Shown: in pieces, positions 21,701 through 30,264 of the stretch
Numbering within the stretch: position 1 is the stretch's first letter
Layout: every line of letters begins with the position of its first letter
Source: an uncultured virus (IMG/VR IMGVR_UViG_3300042878_002054)
Taxonomy: Duplodnaviria > Heunggongvirae > Uroviricota > Caudoviricetes
Length of the DNA: 64,000 nucleotides
IMG/VR virus record: IMGVR_UViG_3300042878_002054
Strand: one strand, 5' to 3'
Program-made: the position numbers and the translations under genes
Notes under the pieces: model-generated
The model's input: the letters and a program-made list of their open reading frames with translations, nothing else
Told to the model about the DNA's origin: nothing
The model's database searches: none

Positions 21701-24379
21701 TGCACCGGGTACACCAGTTATTGATCCGTTGGTATCAACTAAAATTCCGGTACTTACGTATGATGCAGGAAGAATTGCAGATGGACTAGCACCTGCAGAA
21801 AAAGATGTTCCTATAGGTCCTGCCGCATCAGGTATTAGATTGACAAAAGTCATTGAATAACTACCACCACCACTCAAAGGTCCGGAGTATGTGATTCCAG
21901 TAACAGAACCTATATTCTTAGCTGTTATATCAACTGTCAAACCAGTACCAACACCATTAGTATTGTATGTAGCTAATCCAGATTCAGTTTTATAATAAGT
22001 ACCTACATTACTCATTGTTAAAGAGCTAACTTTAGTATTAGTTAAAAATATAGGATCTGAAGTAGTGCTATAACTTGATCCTTGTGTTAGTAGTGTTACT
22101 TTTGTAACCATACCTCTTGTGTCGTAGTCAACAGAGTTTAAGAAAATTATATCATCTTTCTCAATAACACTTTTACCTATTTTTTCAGGATAAAGAAAAT
22201 TTAAGTTAGTATGTGCTATCAAATAATCTTTGTTGTCATCAATTTCTAGATTGTATATACCACTTGAAGTAACTGATGTTATTACAACATCGTTATTATA
22301 GTTTATGTGGTATCCACTATTCCAATCAGATGTCTCTATTATTCCACTATTGAAATCAGAATCTAATATGTAAGCATTACTAATATCTATGTTACTTCCT
22401 AAAAATTGAGGAAGAGATGTTGTTCCGACTATGACATCACTACTATAGTTGTAGTTAATAGGATTTGGTGCATCCCATTCAGAAGTTGTGTCTATTGATT
22501 GATTTTTGTTAAAAATATCATGTCTGGATACTATGATGTCTATAGAGTATGCTGCATTTTTATTAACACCTGAAAGTAGTGTTGTGTATCTACTTGCCGT
22601 TGCACCAGCAACATTATATAGAGTTTCCGAAGAGTTTATTATATAAGCATTTTCTTCAGGTGTGGATAAGAATGCAGAACATTCATAACCTCTCTTATAG
22701 AATGAATATATGTCTACACCTGATATTGATTTTGGTATTGTGTAATTAAGATCATTGTAGAACTCTGTCCAAGATGTAAGTCTGAATTTTGAATCAAAGA
22801 AGTCTGTAAGTGTAGGACTATTTTTAATCTTTAATCCTTTTATATAAAAAACATCTTCTGTCTTTAGTCTTTTGTAGCTTTCTTTACTTATGTAAAACTT
22901 GTATATCTTACTATTAACATCTCTTATAGAACTAAATTTACCTGATTGTGCAGTTCGGTATTCAGACATATTCCATTCGTCATATCCAAGTATTTTTACT
23001 ATTTTATCACTTATATAAGTAGAGTCTTTTAATACAGATTTATCAAAATAAGAGTTTATTGATTTAACATTTGAAAACTTACTATTTATAGATCTAGTGT
23101 TCTTTATTTCACCACCATCTATCTGTATATTTTTGAAAATACAAAGATCAAAATATCCTTTTGATATTCTGTTTTCAAAACTTTGTGTTATTGAAAGAAC
23201 ATGGTTTTCCACAACTGATCCAGTTGCAATTTGATTAAAAGAGGTATTATAAAAGTTTCCGTTGTTTACTAAAGACTTTTCTACTTCTGAATCAAAAATA
23301 TAGTTATAACCAAACCCACCATTGTTATTTGTATATGACTTTTGAAAAGGAATTCCATATTCATCAAATATAGCCTTGTAAGTATTATTGAAAATTATTT
23401 TTGAATCAATAGTTCCTGACTTCCATAAAGTATTTACCATAGATCCACCATTCCAAGTTCCTTTACCACTCCAACTAAGCTTGTTTTGTTGTGTTCCGTA
23501 TAGTCCATTATTGAACTTTCCATTGAACGTTCCGTTTCTAAAGTTTGATTTTGTTATAATCGCAGGTGAATATGAAGGATCTACTTGCCAAGACGAAGAT
23601 GTTGGACCAACATTCCACGTATAAACGAATCCTTCTTTAAATTGGATTCCGTTATAAGTGAATGAACCATCCATTATAAGTATTCTTCCATTGTTTTTGT
23701 ACGTAGGTGAAAGTGCTACTGAAAAAGATCCTAAATATACAAGCTCATCCGATATTTTAGACCAACCTTGTTCTTCTTCTCTCACAAAGAATCCAGGTGT
23801 TCCGGAAACTCCGGCATTAAATCCCCAATCTTTAATAGGTCCTTGATTTTTGTCGATAAAAGCAATGTTGTTTTGATAATAGTTAAATTTATAACTGAAT
23901 GTACCACCACGAGTAGTTACTTGTCTGTTTGCATTTACAAAACTTTCAGGGTTGTCTATGTAGTAGACTTTGATATAATCATCTAAAGAATCATCTTTAT
24001 ATGGAAGAGCACCTGTATAATCAATATCAAGAACAACTTTACATTGTTCAACTTTTAATATTTTATATCCGTCTCTACCCTTTTTATATTTATCCTTCTT
24101 AATCAAAGAATCATTATCGTAATTCCCATTTACGATATAAACTCTGTCTCCAACTTGAAAATTAGTGTTTACTTCGGTATAAAAAAGTGTCTTTCTTACT
24201 CCTGAAATCTCATATGGCTCTACCCAGTTCAATAGTCTTGGACTAGCATGTTGCTTTGTGTTTTCTGCGACTTGGCTAAAAGAATCGTAGCCTACAAGAT
24301 TGATGTTCAGACCTAAGTCTTTGTATTCGGTGTCCGAAACAAGAAATGGCTTTGTAATGATTGCTTTAGGAAATGGCAT
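15713..24379 (-). CDS. giant probable virion protein (2888 aa): WxxGxF beta-repeats, P-domain-like region, DUF2793-like insert, about seven C-terminal FN3-like repeats
   Basis: Repeated W.NG.F.GG.F; HTYLGDLIINLMSPNG; repeated Y(Y/F).R.Y..N..G..YG; late-type motif upstream. Confidence 0.7.
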   Translation of the reverse strand: MPFPKAIITKPFLVSDTEYKDLGLNINLVGYDSFSQVAENTKQHASPRLLNWVEPYEISGVRKTLFYTEVNTNFQVGDRVYIVNGNYDNDSLIKKDKYKKGRDGYKILKVEQCKVVLDIDYTGALPYKDDSLDDYIKVYYIDNPESFVNANRQVTTRGGTFSYKFNYYQNNIAFIDKNQGPIKDWGFNAGVSGTPGFFVREEEQGWSKISDELVYLGSFSVALSPTYKNNGRILIMDGSFTYNGIQFKEGFVYTWNVGPTSSSWQVDPSYSPAIITKSNFRNGTFNGKFNNGLYGTQQNKLSWSGKGTWNGGSMVNTLWKSGTIDSKIIFNNTYKAIFDEYGIPFQKSYTNNNGGFGYNYIFDSEVEKSLVNNGNFYNTSFNQIATGSVVENHVLSITQSFENRISKGYFDLCIFKNIQIDGGEIKNTRSINSKFSNVKSINSYFDKSVLKDSTYISDKIVKILGYDEWNMSEYRTAQSGKFSSIRDVNSKIYKFYISKESYKRLKTEDVFYIKGLKIKNSPTLTDFFDSKFRLTSWTEFYNDLNYTIPKSISGVDIYSFYKRGYECSAFLSTPEENAYIINSSETLYNVAGATASRYTTLLSGVNKNAAYSIDIIVSRHDIFNKNQSIDTTSEWDAPNPINYNYSSDVIVGTTSLPQFLGSNIDISNAYILDSDFNSGIIETSDWNSGYHINYNNDVVITSVTSSGIYNLEIDDNKDYLIAHTNLNFLYPEKIGKSVIEKDDIIFLNSVDYDTRGMVTKVTLLTQGSSYSTTSDPIFLTNTKVSSLTMSNVGTYYKTESGLATYNTNGVGTGLTVDITAKNIGSVTGITYSGPLSGGGSYSMTFVNLIPDAAGPIGTSFSAGASPSAILPASYVSTGILVDTNGSITGVPGATYSNFGPPLVSVPSGATGVGAIFFTGPIVTLPNGSTASPNTLGSGLTVNYRTSANGTITYLEINNSGLRYDVNQVFKIEGGNATFSIKTVGNGEITSFNINTPGEDYLIGDVLNIINPFDPNSQFVGGLTASITVTSITASNKDTRGLSLNLFTGIGATEGKIEDITINGAGLYYNEGEIFTISDVDSNLDALVRIDSVTGSVTRLNDTYKVIENDKGRLTLRDLGTTNIVAGLTANGLFYTTDAKNRWGYISKTKIDKTKIKSGIFKRPYIVNSLIRDIDYDSTDKDFNNIDKVKNLIISDTLFSNNSNILSSATYLYSNLVGGTDIWNDGIINKSIINGLTFSKGTIKQATWITGNFTGGMFYNSKSFDAKPTLDRPNYLNDRVRSYYMIGNIGATLSNNRYSWRNGKFSGGQFYKSDWENGVMDNGLFFYSKFYAGTINGGKIGTKQVAAADTKIYNGLINYTTVDNANVYSEDTSYTGLSSSSIEWMNGVFNNGIFGSNNDDVLGTTFSNISYNLDLQSLAIADYKITIATQSINDINPILGDFEIDLNLTIKHTYLGDLIINLMSPNGRIINIKKRYSCGGNDNLLSTNFTSDSTKPNLEIGTPPYTGEFKFDALINQGVYYDLNNRLLPNIAYNATENIIPTVIDYRSQPPANVYESDRYLVIATASDPNWVAPAAGTAEVWPVSFVGKIVERSTSSDPLYAWELYFVKNNDKLFVKNKSEYLKYIVSSSFTGWTKSYHSNATKISELLNTDKSVKGIWTLMVMDCAAVDSGFVEKFNLTFNYKTSYIIKSFKNDAVWHDGIFNGGQFIDLGVWKNGKFNGGKFISTYGYKKSGSYLVPNENILDYSWHAGEFNGGEFGNESLLSNSTWFNGVFNDGVFKGKLWNNGVFTYGEFKGGSSVPAAGNGIKSVNAQLFIDSFKTEYYGVWRSGVVSDKKDNFVTDKKLFTTPVRAMAPVKLGKSAKFSNMLWLSGTFDHPSGEINNSVWLNGLFKMGSFKSSAFNPYVTRKSDRPEFIKDDSCIWENGKLIDSEFHMSKWKYGQFISGTAVGMIWQNGISNYMNAYNIFWENGVWRNGNWYGSNFEYRGRVDDGFSKEILNRGIEWSGTSSCHIWNIFESDVDTTVSMVETRILKPNIDSFTTTNQDDAGIFPPAIDIVYVEKIGSPTKVKATFNIINNNGAPIGEAGVIFVESASESDANNAFPSLSVTGGIATPAAGTKPKQSTVLSATTTPIFTTGDANTGFLITFEITVTGLIASKWYSLRGYAINSASSVDGPAITTNTVVFQTVQKNEPITVNALPVPSATTEVYTGAFQGPAVASSYTQTIKSSITITANYTFVAGSQPAPTEKGLLYTTSSSAVLEYSSVGGGNVFNKTNASTGNTFTTTLLTTGFNAIVANTTYYIRPYTSNTGGYGYGPIITVTSGVDVPVVTQVTPTTTILKGSLTSTGGSTTLEKGFIISIDAAATNVTPTTYATTYTSNQIRVVVATDGTTGDFTQTIANIVGIASNTSYRVRAYAYSTTQPSVYAYSSEKPFFSAPGAVDVTTTLPLLISSNITENGATLKGDIVNINGSPIVANGTGFVYTTTGTGYPTGTTAPTTMPQPNTNTLGYFAFTDTIGNFSYTVTTFDSGQKYFFKAYATNGIGTGYGLEYSITTLAKITTTLISTATTITPTIAITSAINSGAAAPTARGIIWNTSYFTPATAATLLTTRTADTAAPPTSATGLTPNTKYFLRGYVTNISGTYYEEVVEKITLPAFEPTTITEVTESAESVIINTNAAGVGGIGNVLLGTAALLTEKGIAYSTLPNSATPTTIASATAINKLNYTTNINSLIIGQKYYYRPYAKNAAGTGYLGTTDLEFTTLVKVTLPTPEGNDVTYDSSNKKMIIGTTGNPITITNNGSSTILSYGLCFTTDGSNPTDQNPSLPATGTTANATSFFDSISVVTPASGQTTTYKVRAYVTNDGGTAYSRMITFTINASNNITSGPSFTT

Positions 24380-24452
24380 TAAATATTACTTATCTTTTGA
24401 GTATATATTAAATCTTCTACGGTTTGTATTATCTTATCAAACATATTTTGAC

Positions 24453-24460
24453 TATATTTG
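24453..24460 (+). promoter_or_regulatory. Bacteroidota sigmaA-type -7 element TATATTTG
   Basis: Matches TAnnTTTG; 9 nt before the sirtuin ATG. Confidence 0.6.
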
Positions 24461-24469
24461 TATAATATT

Positions 24470-25183
24470 ATGGAAAAGAAGAAAATATTAGTTTTTAGCG
24501 GTGCCGGTGTCTCTAAAGAGAGCGGAATCGAGACGTTCCGAGATTCGAAAGATTCACTTTGGAACAACTATAAGATTGAGGATGTTGCAACAACAGACGC
24601 TTGGCGAAGAAATAGACCATTGGTATTAGATTTTTATAATCAAAGACGTGCTCAATTGAAAGATGTTCATCCTAATTTGGCACATCAGATAATCGCAGAT
24701 TTAGAAAAAGACTATGATGTTACATTAGTAACACAAAACGTAGACAACCTACACGAACGTGCTGGTTCTAATAATGTTATTCACTTACATGGTGAACTTA
24801 ACAAATCTCGTTCTACTTTCCCGGGCTCAACAGATTCTTATGATTGTACGGAAGATATAAAGATTGGTGACAAATGTCCACGAGGTTCACAACTTCGTCC
24901 TCATATTGTTTGGTTTGGTGAGAACTTAGATCCTATGAATATAACCACTGCAGAAGTTGCTGCAGGTAAATGTGATATCTGTATAATCGTTGGTACTTCT
25001 ATGCAAGTTTTTCCGGCAAATCAAATTCCATTCTTAACCAAAAAAGATTGTATAATATTTTATGTAGACCCAAGTGAAATGGATTTCTATGTTCCAGAAT
25101 TCAGAAATGATTTCTTTCATCACATAAAAGAACCAGCAACGACAGGAATGCAAACACTTTTAAATATTTTGAAAGATGCTTAG
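24470..25183 (+). CDS. cobB: Sir2/CobB NAD-dependent protein deacylase
   Basis: GAGVSKESGIETFR, TQNVDNLHERAG, HG, RPHIVWFGE, VGTS. Confidence 0.93.
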   Translation: MEKKKILVFSGAGVSKESGIETFRDSKDSLWNNYKIEDVATTDAWRRNRPLVLDFYNQRRAQLKDVHPNLAHQIIADLEKDYDVTLVTQNVDNLHERAGSNNVIHLHGELNKSRSTFPGSTDSYDCTEDIKIGDKCPRGSQLRPHIVWFGENLDPMNITTAEVAAGKCDICIIVGTSMQVFPANQIPFLTKKDCIIFYVDPSEMDFYVPEFRNDFFHHIKEPATTGMQTLLNILKDA

Positions 25184-25511
25184 AATATCTGAATTTCAAA
25201 GCTATAGAGATGGTGGAACCATTTCTATGCACTGTATGATGGCGGTTAGTTGGATGGAAGTACCCTATCTGGAGATGCGAAGAAATAAAGAGATTGAGAT
25301 TTGTTTAGACTTCAGATTAGGAAAAGAACCAAAGTTTTGGTTTGGATATCCAGGAAAAGAAGACTCGGAACTGATTGAAGAACAAAGTATAATAGACTAC
25401 ATAGTAAAAAAGGTAGAAGAATACAAAAAGTATCAAAACCACAAGTTGGATAGTTTTATAAACTACAGAGAGAACCTAAGAGATTGGAAAATTAAAAACA
25501 TTTTGGAATGA
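25176..25511 (+). CDS. hypothetical protein with C-terminal RDWKIKNIL motif
   Basis: ORF; shared motif. Confidence 0.7.
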   Translation: MLRISEFQSYRDGGTISMHCMMAVSWMEVPYLEMRRNKEIEICLDFRLGKEPKFWFGYPGKEDSELIEEQSIIDYIVKKVEEYKKYQNHKLDSFINYRENLRDWKIKNILE

Positions 25512-25744
25512 AAGAGATAACAACATACGAAGACCAATATGGAAAATACTACGAAGTCAAAGACTATAATGGATCGTACAAAAAGTTCGGAAACTACGAA
25601 GAAGCCAAAAACTGGTATACTTACGCTTCGAAATACTATATGAGTATAGATCCTTGTGAAGAGTCCGAAGAAGACAGGATTGCCAGAGAAGCCAGAGAGA
25701 AAGCCATAAGAAGAAACGAAAGAATTGACTCAATCTTAGACTGA
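25508..25744 (+). CDS. hypothetical protein with C-terminal RNERIDSIL motif
   Basis: ORF; shared motif. Confidence 0.7.
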   Translation: MKEITTYEDQYGKYYEVKDYNGSYKKFGNYEEAKNWYTYASKYYMSIDPCEESEEDRIAREAREKAIRRNERIDSILD

Positions 25745-25962
25745 TGTTTTATTTATACGACAAAGGAAAAGCTCAGTCGATAACTGATGCAGGAACCGAA
25801 ATACATTTACGTATGGAGAAAATGTTTCGTGCATATGGTAGAAAGACAAAAATAGAACGAATCTATGAAGAAAGACATAATAGTGTTGGATCATCTACCT
25901 CTTTTGAAGACATCCAATATAGTAGATGGAGAGAGAATACAGAAGCTGTCACAAAGCGTTGA
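25744..25962 (+). CDS. hypothetical protein with RKTKIERIY motif
   Basis: TGATG-coupled to the previous gene. Confidence 0.55.
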   Translation: MFYLYDKGKAQSITDAGTEIHLRMEKMFRAYGRKTKIERIYEERHNSVGSSTSFEDIQYSRWRENTEAVTKR

Positions 25963-26041
25963 TAGAATGTTTCGTGTCATGCACAGAAGACGATACGCTT
26001 TAGAACGAATCGTAAAAGTGAAGAAGATTTTTAATATATAG
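25865..26041 (+). CDS. 58-aa protein not in the ORF track (MKKDIIVLDH...ERIVKVKKIFNI)
   Basis: Manual translation; ends in the shared RxxK[ILV]xxIF motif. Confidence 0.55.
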   Translation: MKKDIIVLDHLPLLKTSNIVDGERIQKLSQSVDRMFRVMHRRRYALERIVKVKKIFNI

Positions 26042-26044
26042 TCT

Positions 26045-26410
26045 ATGATAATAAAGAAATTCAACGAAGATTTCGACAACTCTTTTCGAATAGAACCAAT
26101 GTCTTTCAAAAACTCCAGAGGTGAGGACAAGATTGTACATCCTTGTGTTATGATCGATTTCATGAAGACTAGCTGGCAACTTAGAGATGCTGTTAGAAAA
26201 GATATGGATAATCTTATGTGGAATCAAGGATTCCAAACATTTCCTCAGTTTGTTGATGTAAACGGAAACAGAATCACAGACAACGCTGGTGTTATAGAGT
26301 TGAGAGATAAATATCCTGGATTCAAATTCGTATTTTTTGTTGAAGAAAAGAATCTATCAAAAGCAAAAGAAATCGCCGAAAAACACGGTGTTGATTTCTA
26401 CCAAAAATAA
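26045..26410 (+). CDS. hypothetical late protein, possible internal head protein
   Basis: N-terminus MIIKKFNE; TTAATATATAG at 26031-26041. Confidence 0.7.
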   Translation: MIIKKFNEDFDNSFRIEPMSFKNSRGEDKIVHPCVMIDFMKTSWQLRDAVRKDMDNLMWNQGFQTFPQFVDVNGNRITDNAGVIELRDKYPGFKFVFFVEEKNLSKAKEIAEKHGVDFYQK

Positions 26411-26419
26411 AATAAAACA

Positions 26420-26977
26420 ATGGACTTACAACAACTATTAGAAAAGTGGAATATCAAATGTGATATCAACACCGTTTTATCAATGTGGAACGAATCACAT
26501 AGATCGTATCACAATCTTAATCACTTAAATGATTTAATCTCTCAGATAAACGAAAACAAATCAAAATTCTCTGAAAGTGAATATGAAAAGCTTATGCTTT
26601 CTGCAATCTTTCACGACATTGTTTATGATCCATCAAGCTCTACAAACGAAGAAGATTCTGCAAATTTTTTAATGGAGTGTGTAGTTGATAAATCTAATAA
26701 AGACATTTTAGAGGTTAAACAAATGATTTTAGATACTAAGACTCATAACTCTACAACTAACTTATCAGAATCGTTCAACTACTATGATATGAATATCGTA
26801 GAAAGAGATTTTGACCAACTTTTAGATTGGGAGAAAGGAATCTCAGAAGAGTTCTCTGTTTATCCAAAAGAAAAATACAAAGAAGGAAGATTGAAATTCT
26901 TAGAATCTTTGTTAGATAAATATCCAAACAACACTGAAAATCTTTTACAACTGATTGACCACGTAAAATCAAACTAA
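26420..26977 (+). CDS. HD-superfamily metal-dependent phosphohydrolase
   Basis: RSYHNLNHL ... AIFHDIVYDP ... NEEDSA. Confidence 0.8.
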   Translation: MDLQQLLEKWNIKCDINTVLSMWNESHRSYHNLNHLNDLISQINENKSKFSESEYEKLMLSAIFHDIVYDPSSSTNEEDSANFLMECVVDKSNKDILEVKQMILDTKTHNSTTNLSESFNYYDMNIVERDFDQLLDWEKGISEEFSVYPKEKYKEGRLKFLESLLDKYPNNTENLLQLIDHVKSN

Positions 26978-26979
26978 AT

Positions 26980-27012
26980 AAAAAACCCACTCATTTGAGT
27001 GGGTTTCTTTTT
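26980..27012. terminator. bidirectional intrinsic terminator
   Basis: AAACCCACTCA/TGAGTGGGTTT hairpin with A and T tracts between convergent genes. Confidence 0.85.
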
Positions 27013-28117
27013 ATTTAAACTCTTTCTTGTCGTTAGAAACATAAAAGTTGTCAAACTGAAAGTATTTATCATAGACTTCTTTTACTTTTTTAAGATTCAC
27101 ATCTTCTATGATATCATACACGGACCAACCCTCTGGGTTTATCCATTGATTCACGTTTTTGTATCTCAAAATCTCGTCTTTCTGCATTCTTACTTTATAG
27201 TAGTCTTTAACAAGTTCGAATCTATCCTTAGTAAGATGTTTCTTAGGATTGTCAAGTACTAATTTAACAGAGTCCACACAAGCGTTGAAGTTTTTATTTG
27301 ATGTTTGGGTAGCAATCATGTTCAAACCTTGATTGTTCACTCTTGATTGATAGCAATGTACATAATACACTAATCCTCTTTTTTCTCTTATCTCTTGATA
27401 CAAAGGAGATTTCAATCCTAAAGAAAGCATTGAGTTTATGAAGTGTACATAAGCAAAGTCTTCATCAATGATAGGTGAAAGCATTACTAAAGAAGATTTG
27501 TCTTTGAAATCGTTATTTAGTTCAAAAGGAACTTTATGATCTCCAAAAGAAAGATTTTTGACAATAGTTCTTTCTGCGAAATCAATAGAGTTGTTTTTAT
27601 ATGGCTTGTTTTTAGAAACGTTGATTATCTTACTAGGTTTCGCATATTGAAGTTCGAAGTAGTTAAGACAATCCATAAACTTCATCTTTTGTAAGTCTTC
27701 TCTCAATCCGATTGGATCGTAGTCGTTGAATATCTTTCTAGAAAGGTTCAACATATGAGACTGTGTTTGGTCATTGAACGAATCCATATATTCTTCCAAT
27801 ACGATGTTTCTCTCGTTTTCGAACTGTTCTTTAGTTACATTAAATTGTCCAAGTAAGTCCATGAACTGACCTTTCCATTTGTTTACCTTCTCATCCAATC
27901 CTGTTAGATAGAAAACAATCTCGTTTCCTGAAGTATATGCGTTCCAATCAATTCCATCTTTATCAAAGTCTTCTTGTAGATGGTCAAAGTTTTTACACAT
28001 TAAGTGTTCCATCAAATGGCTGATTCCATACCAACCTGCTTTTTCTAAGTTTGTTGATCCTTCATAGACAACATAGAAACCTGATAAGTCTGTTTGGCTT
28101 TTTAAGTTTATTATCAT
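27011..28117 (-). CDS. M16 family zinc peptidase
   Basis: Inverted HxxEH (SHLMEH), NAYTS, ERNIVLEE, LYQEIREKRGLVY. Confidence 0.92.
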   Translation of the reverse strand: MIINLKSQTDLSGFYVVYEGSTNLEKAGWYGISHLMEHLMCKNFDHLQEDFDKDGIDWNAYTSGNEIVFYLTGLDEKVNKWKGQFMDLLGQFNVTKEQFENERNIVLEEYMDSFNDQTQSHMLNLSRKIFNDYDPIGLREDLQKMKFMDCLNYFELQYAKPSKIINVSKNKPYKNNSIDFAERTIVKNLSFGDHKVPFELNNDFKDKSSLVMLSPIIDEDFAYVHFINSMLSLGLKSPLYQEIREKRGLVYYVHCYQSRVNNQGLNMIATQTSNKNFNACVDSVKLVLDNPKKHLTKDRFELVKDYYKVRMQKDEILRYKNVNQWINPEGWSVYDIIEDVNLKKVKEVYDKYFQFDNFYVSNDKKEFK

Positions 28118-28156
28118 TTTAGATTTTTATTTTTATATTATATTCTCTTATTACAC

Positions 28157-28663
28157 TTAGTTCAAATCCCAAGGGTTGAAAGTATCAAATCCTACTTCTG
28201 GGTACATATCACTTATTCTTTGATAAACATTTCCGGTATCGTCATTTACGGCGGTTACATGACCATCTTCACCTGCTACTATACAGAATGTTATATTAAG
28301 GTATAGCTTTCCTGATTTGAAACCTTCTACAATTTCTTCAATAGGTGCCGTTATGTCGCTAGACCAATAAAGATTTTCTTCAATATCTATATTATCAAAA
28401 CTATATTCTCCACCAAAAAGATTTCCAAGATATTCGATTTCTTTATCATGTAAGTCTACGATGAATACAATCTTTTTGTCAACAAGCTCTTCTTCGTCAT
28501 CGTCGTTTAGATGAGTGTGTCTAACATCCAGGTATTCTAGAGATACTTCTTTCAAATCATATAGAATATCAATAACATTACTTGCCTCTAAAACCTGACC
28601 TTGCCATTCTAATTTATTGAATGATTCTTTAGAAAATTCTTCAAATAGTTTCAGTTTCTTCAT
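28157..28663 (-). CDS. acidic hypothetical late protein, possible internal head protein
   Basis: Likely start MKKLKLFEEF at 28663; late-type motifs at 28733-28742 and 28769-28778. Confidence 0.7.
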   Translation of the reverse strand: MKKLKLFEEFSKESFNKLEWQGQVLEASNVIDILYDLKEVSLEYLDVRHTHLNDDDEEELVDKKIVFIVDLHDKEIEYLGNLFGGEYSFDNIDIEENLYWSSDITAPIEEIVEGFKSGKLYLNITFCIVAGEDGHVTAVNDDTGNVYQRISDMYPEVGFDTFNPWDLN

Positions 28664-28751
28664 AAGCTTCTTTTTTTTCTTCTTCATAGAAATCGTAGTC
28701 GCAATATCCTACGTCGCTATCGTTGAACAATGGTATATATTCTTCTTCCAT
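28641..28751 (-). CDS. possible 36-aa acidic peptide (MEEEYIPLFNDSDVGYCDYDFYEEEKKEAYEETETI)
   Basis: Manual translation; ATG 17 nt downstream of TTAATATATA. Confidence 0.35.
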   Translation of the reverse strand: MEEEYIPLFNDSDVGYCDYDFYEEEKKEAYEETETI

Positions 28752-28803
28752 AATATTTTGATTTTTTTTATATATTAAATTATAGATTTCGAATTTGTTT
28801 GCG

Positions 28804-28811
28804 TATATTTG
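28804..28811 (+). promoter_or_regulatory. Bacteroidota sigmaA-type -7 element TATATTTG
   Basis: TAnnTTTG upstream of the coaE operon. Confidence 0.6.
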
Positions 28812-28829
28812 TAGAATAAAACACAGACA

Positions 28830-29450
28830 ATGATTAAAATAGGACTAACAGGAAATAGATACTCAGGAAAGGATACGGTAGCCAAATTGTTTGAGCAGAT
28901 TGGTGTACCTGTATTCAATGCAGATATTATATTGAAGTTCATACTCAACTTTGACATAAACGTCAATAAAGACATTTTAGACAACTATGGAGAGTATATC
29001 TTCACAGGACCAGACTCTATGATAGATCCTAAGAAGATACGTTCTAAGAAAGACTTTGATAAGCTTGTAAACTTTGCAGAGTTTGAGCTTAAGAGAGCAT
29101 ACGAAAGATTCAGATTGGAAAACAAGCAATCGGTCTACACCATATTTCATTCATCCATCCTCTTTGAAAGAGGATGGGACAAAGACATGGACTTTACCAT
29201 AAACGTGTTTGCACCAAAAGATGTGAGAAGTCTTAGATGTGAGAAAATAACAAAACAATCCTCTTATAACATATCAGAACTTATGAAAGGTGAAATGAAT
29301 GATTTAGTCAAAAATAAATTGTCAGACTATGTTATACACAACTATTCAAGTGCTACCATCGCGTTTGGAGATTCGTGTGATCAAGTAAACAAAATCGATC
29401 AAAAGATAATCGACAAATACCTAATCAAAGAACAATCATTTGCACTATGA
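28830..29450 (+). CDS. coaE: dephospho-CoA kinase-like protein
   Basis: IKIGLTGNRYSGKDTVAKLF, VFNAD, ILFE, DYVIHN. Confidence 0.8.
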   Translation: MIKIGLTGNRYSGKDTVAKLFEQIGVPVFNADIILKFILNFDINVNKDILDNYGEYIFTGPDSMIDPKKIRSKKDFDKLVNFAEFELKRAYERFRLENKQSVYTIFHSSILFERGWDKDMDFTINVFAPKDVRSLRCEKITKQSSYNISELMKGEMNDLVKNKLSDYVIHNYSSATIAFGDSCDQVNKIDQKIIDKYLIKEQSFAL

Positions 29451-29866
29451 AAGTAAAATTACAAATCAAAACAAATTGTCTAAACAAATTGATGTTTGTA
29501 AAGATATTGAAAAATCATACAGGACTTGGTCTAAAAGATTCTAAAGAAATTTGTGATAGATTACATGAATTACCTTATCAACCAGTCGAATTTTTACTTG
29601 ACCCGCCGGTTGACATCAATCCAAATGAATACGCAAAATTATTTAGAGAAGAACTATCAGAAATAGGTTTAGAGTTCAATATGTCTGGTGGTACAGATTT
29701 TGAAAGAAACAGAAAACTACTCGTTCTTGGACTTGGAGAAAAAGAAGATTATGTTTCTTTTTTAGAAGAAGCTATGATAAATCAAAAAGAATTACTTAAC
29801 TTAGCTTTAAATAAATTGTCTAAGGATGATTTGAAAGAAGTATTCGATAATATAAAAACAATATAA
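29447..29866 (+). CDS. ribosomal protein L7/L12 C-terminal-domain-like protein with RNRKLLVLGL motif
   Basis: KLMFVKILKNHTGLGLKDSKEICD matches the bL12 CTD signature TGLGLKEAKxxV. Confidence 0.7.
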   Translation: MKVKLQIKTNCLNKLMFVKILKNHTGLGLKDSKEICDRLHELPYQPVEFLLDPPVDINPNEYAKLFREELSEIGLEFNMSGGTDFERNRKLLVLGLGEKEDYVSFLEEAMINQKELLNLALNKLSKDDLKEVFDNIKTI

Positions 29867-29867
29867 T

Positions 29868-30263
29868 ATGGCAAACGCTCACATACATTCAAAATCATCT
29901 GCTAGAAAGTTCGGTGGAACTCCAGAAGACTATTTGGCGATTCACATAAAAATGGATTGTTCTAAAGCTTATGTAGCAGACAATCGCCATAGAGCTTTAA
30001 CTCATAACAACTTTTGGATTCATGAAGTTATGATTCCGATTTTTGGATATACATTTAAAAATTCTGTTGGTAAAGACATCTGTGTAAAAGATATTTGTGA
30101 ACAACATATCTTAGAAGATTTTGGTATGAGATTCATTCCTACAGCACAAGATTATTTAGAAAATATGGATTTCAAAGACTGGATGCAGAATGGTATTAAA
30201 GACATTCCAAGTTCTTTCACAAAACTCAAAGAAAAAGGTAATATTAAAGTAATGGCTGATTAG
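29868..30263 (+). CDS. His-rich conserved hypothetical protein (DUF6915-like)
   Basis: H..SSARKFGG..EDY..IH..D.SK...D.RHRAL.H ... EQHILED pattern (family recalled). Confidence 0.6.
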   Translation: MANAHIHSKSSARKFGGTPEDYLAIHIKMDCSKAYVADNRHRALTHNNFWIHEVMIPIFGYTFKNSVGKDICVKDICEQHILEDFGMRFIPTAQDYLENMDFKDWMQNGIKDIPSSFTKLKEKGNIKVMAD

Positions 30264-30264
30264 T

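Noticed and set aside
24470..25183. Sir2 as an anti-phage NADase (Thoeris/DSR-type)
   Set aside because: It has the compact CobB deacylase motif set and no fused or adjacent defence partner.
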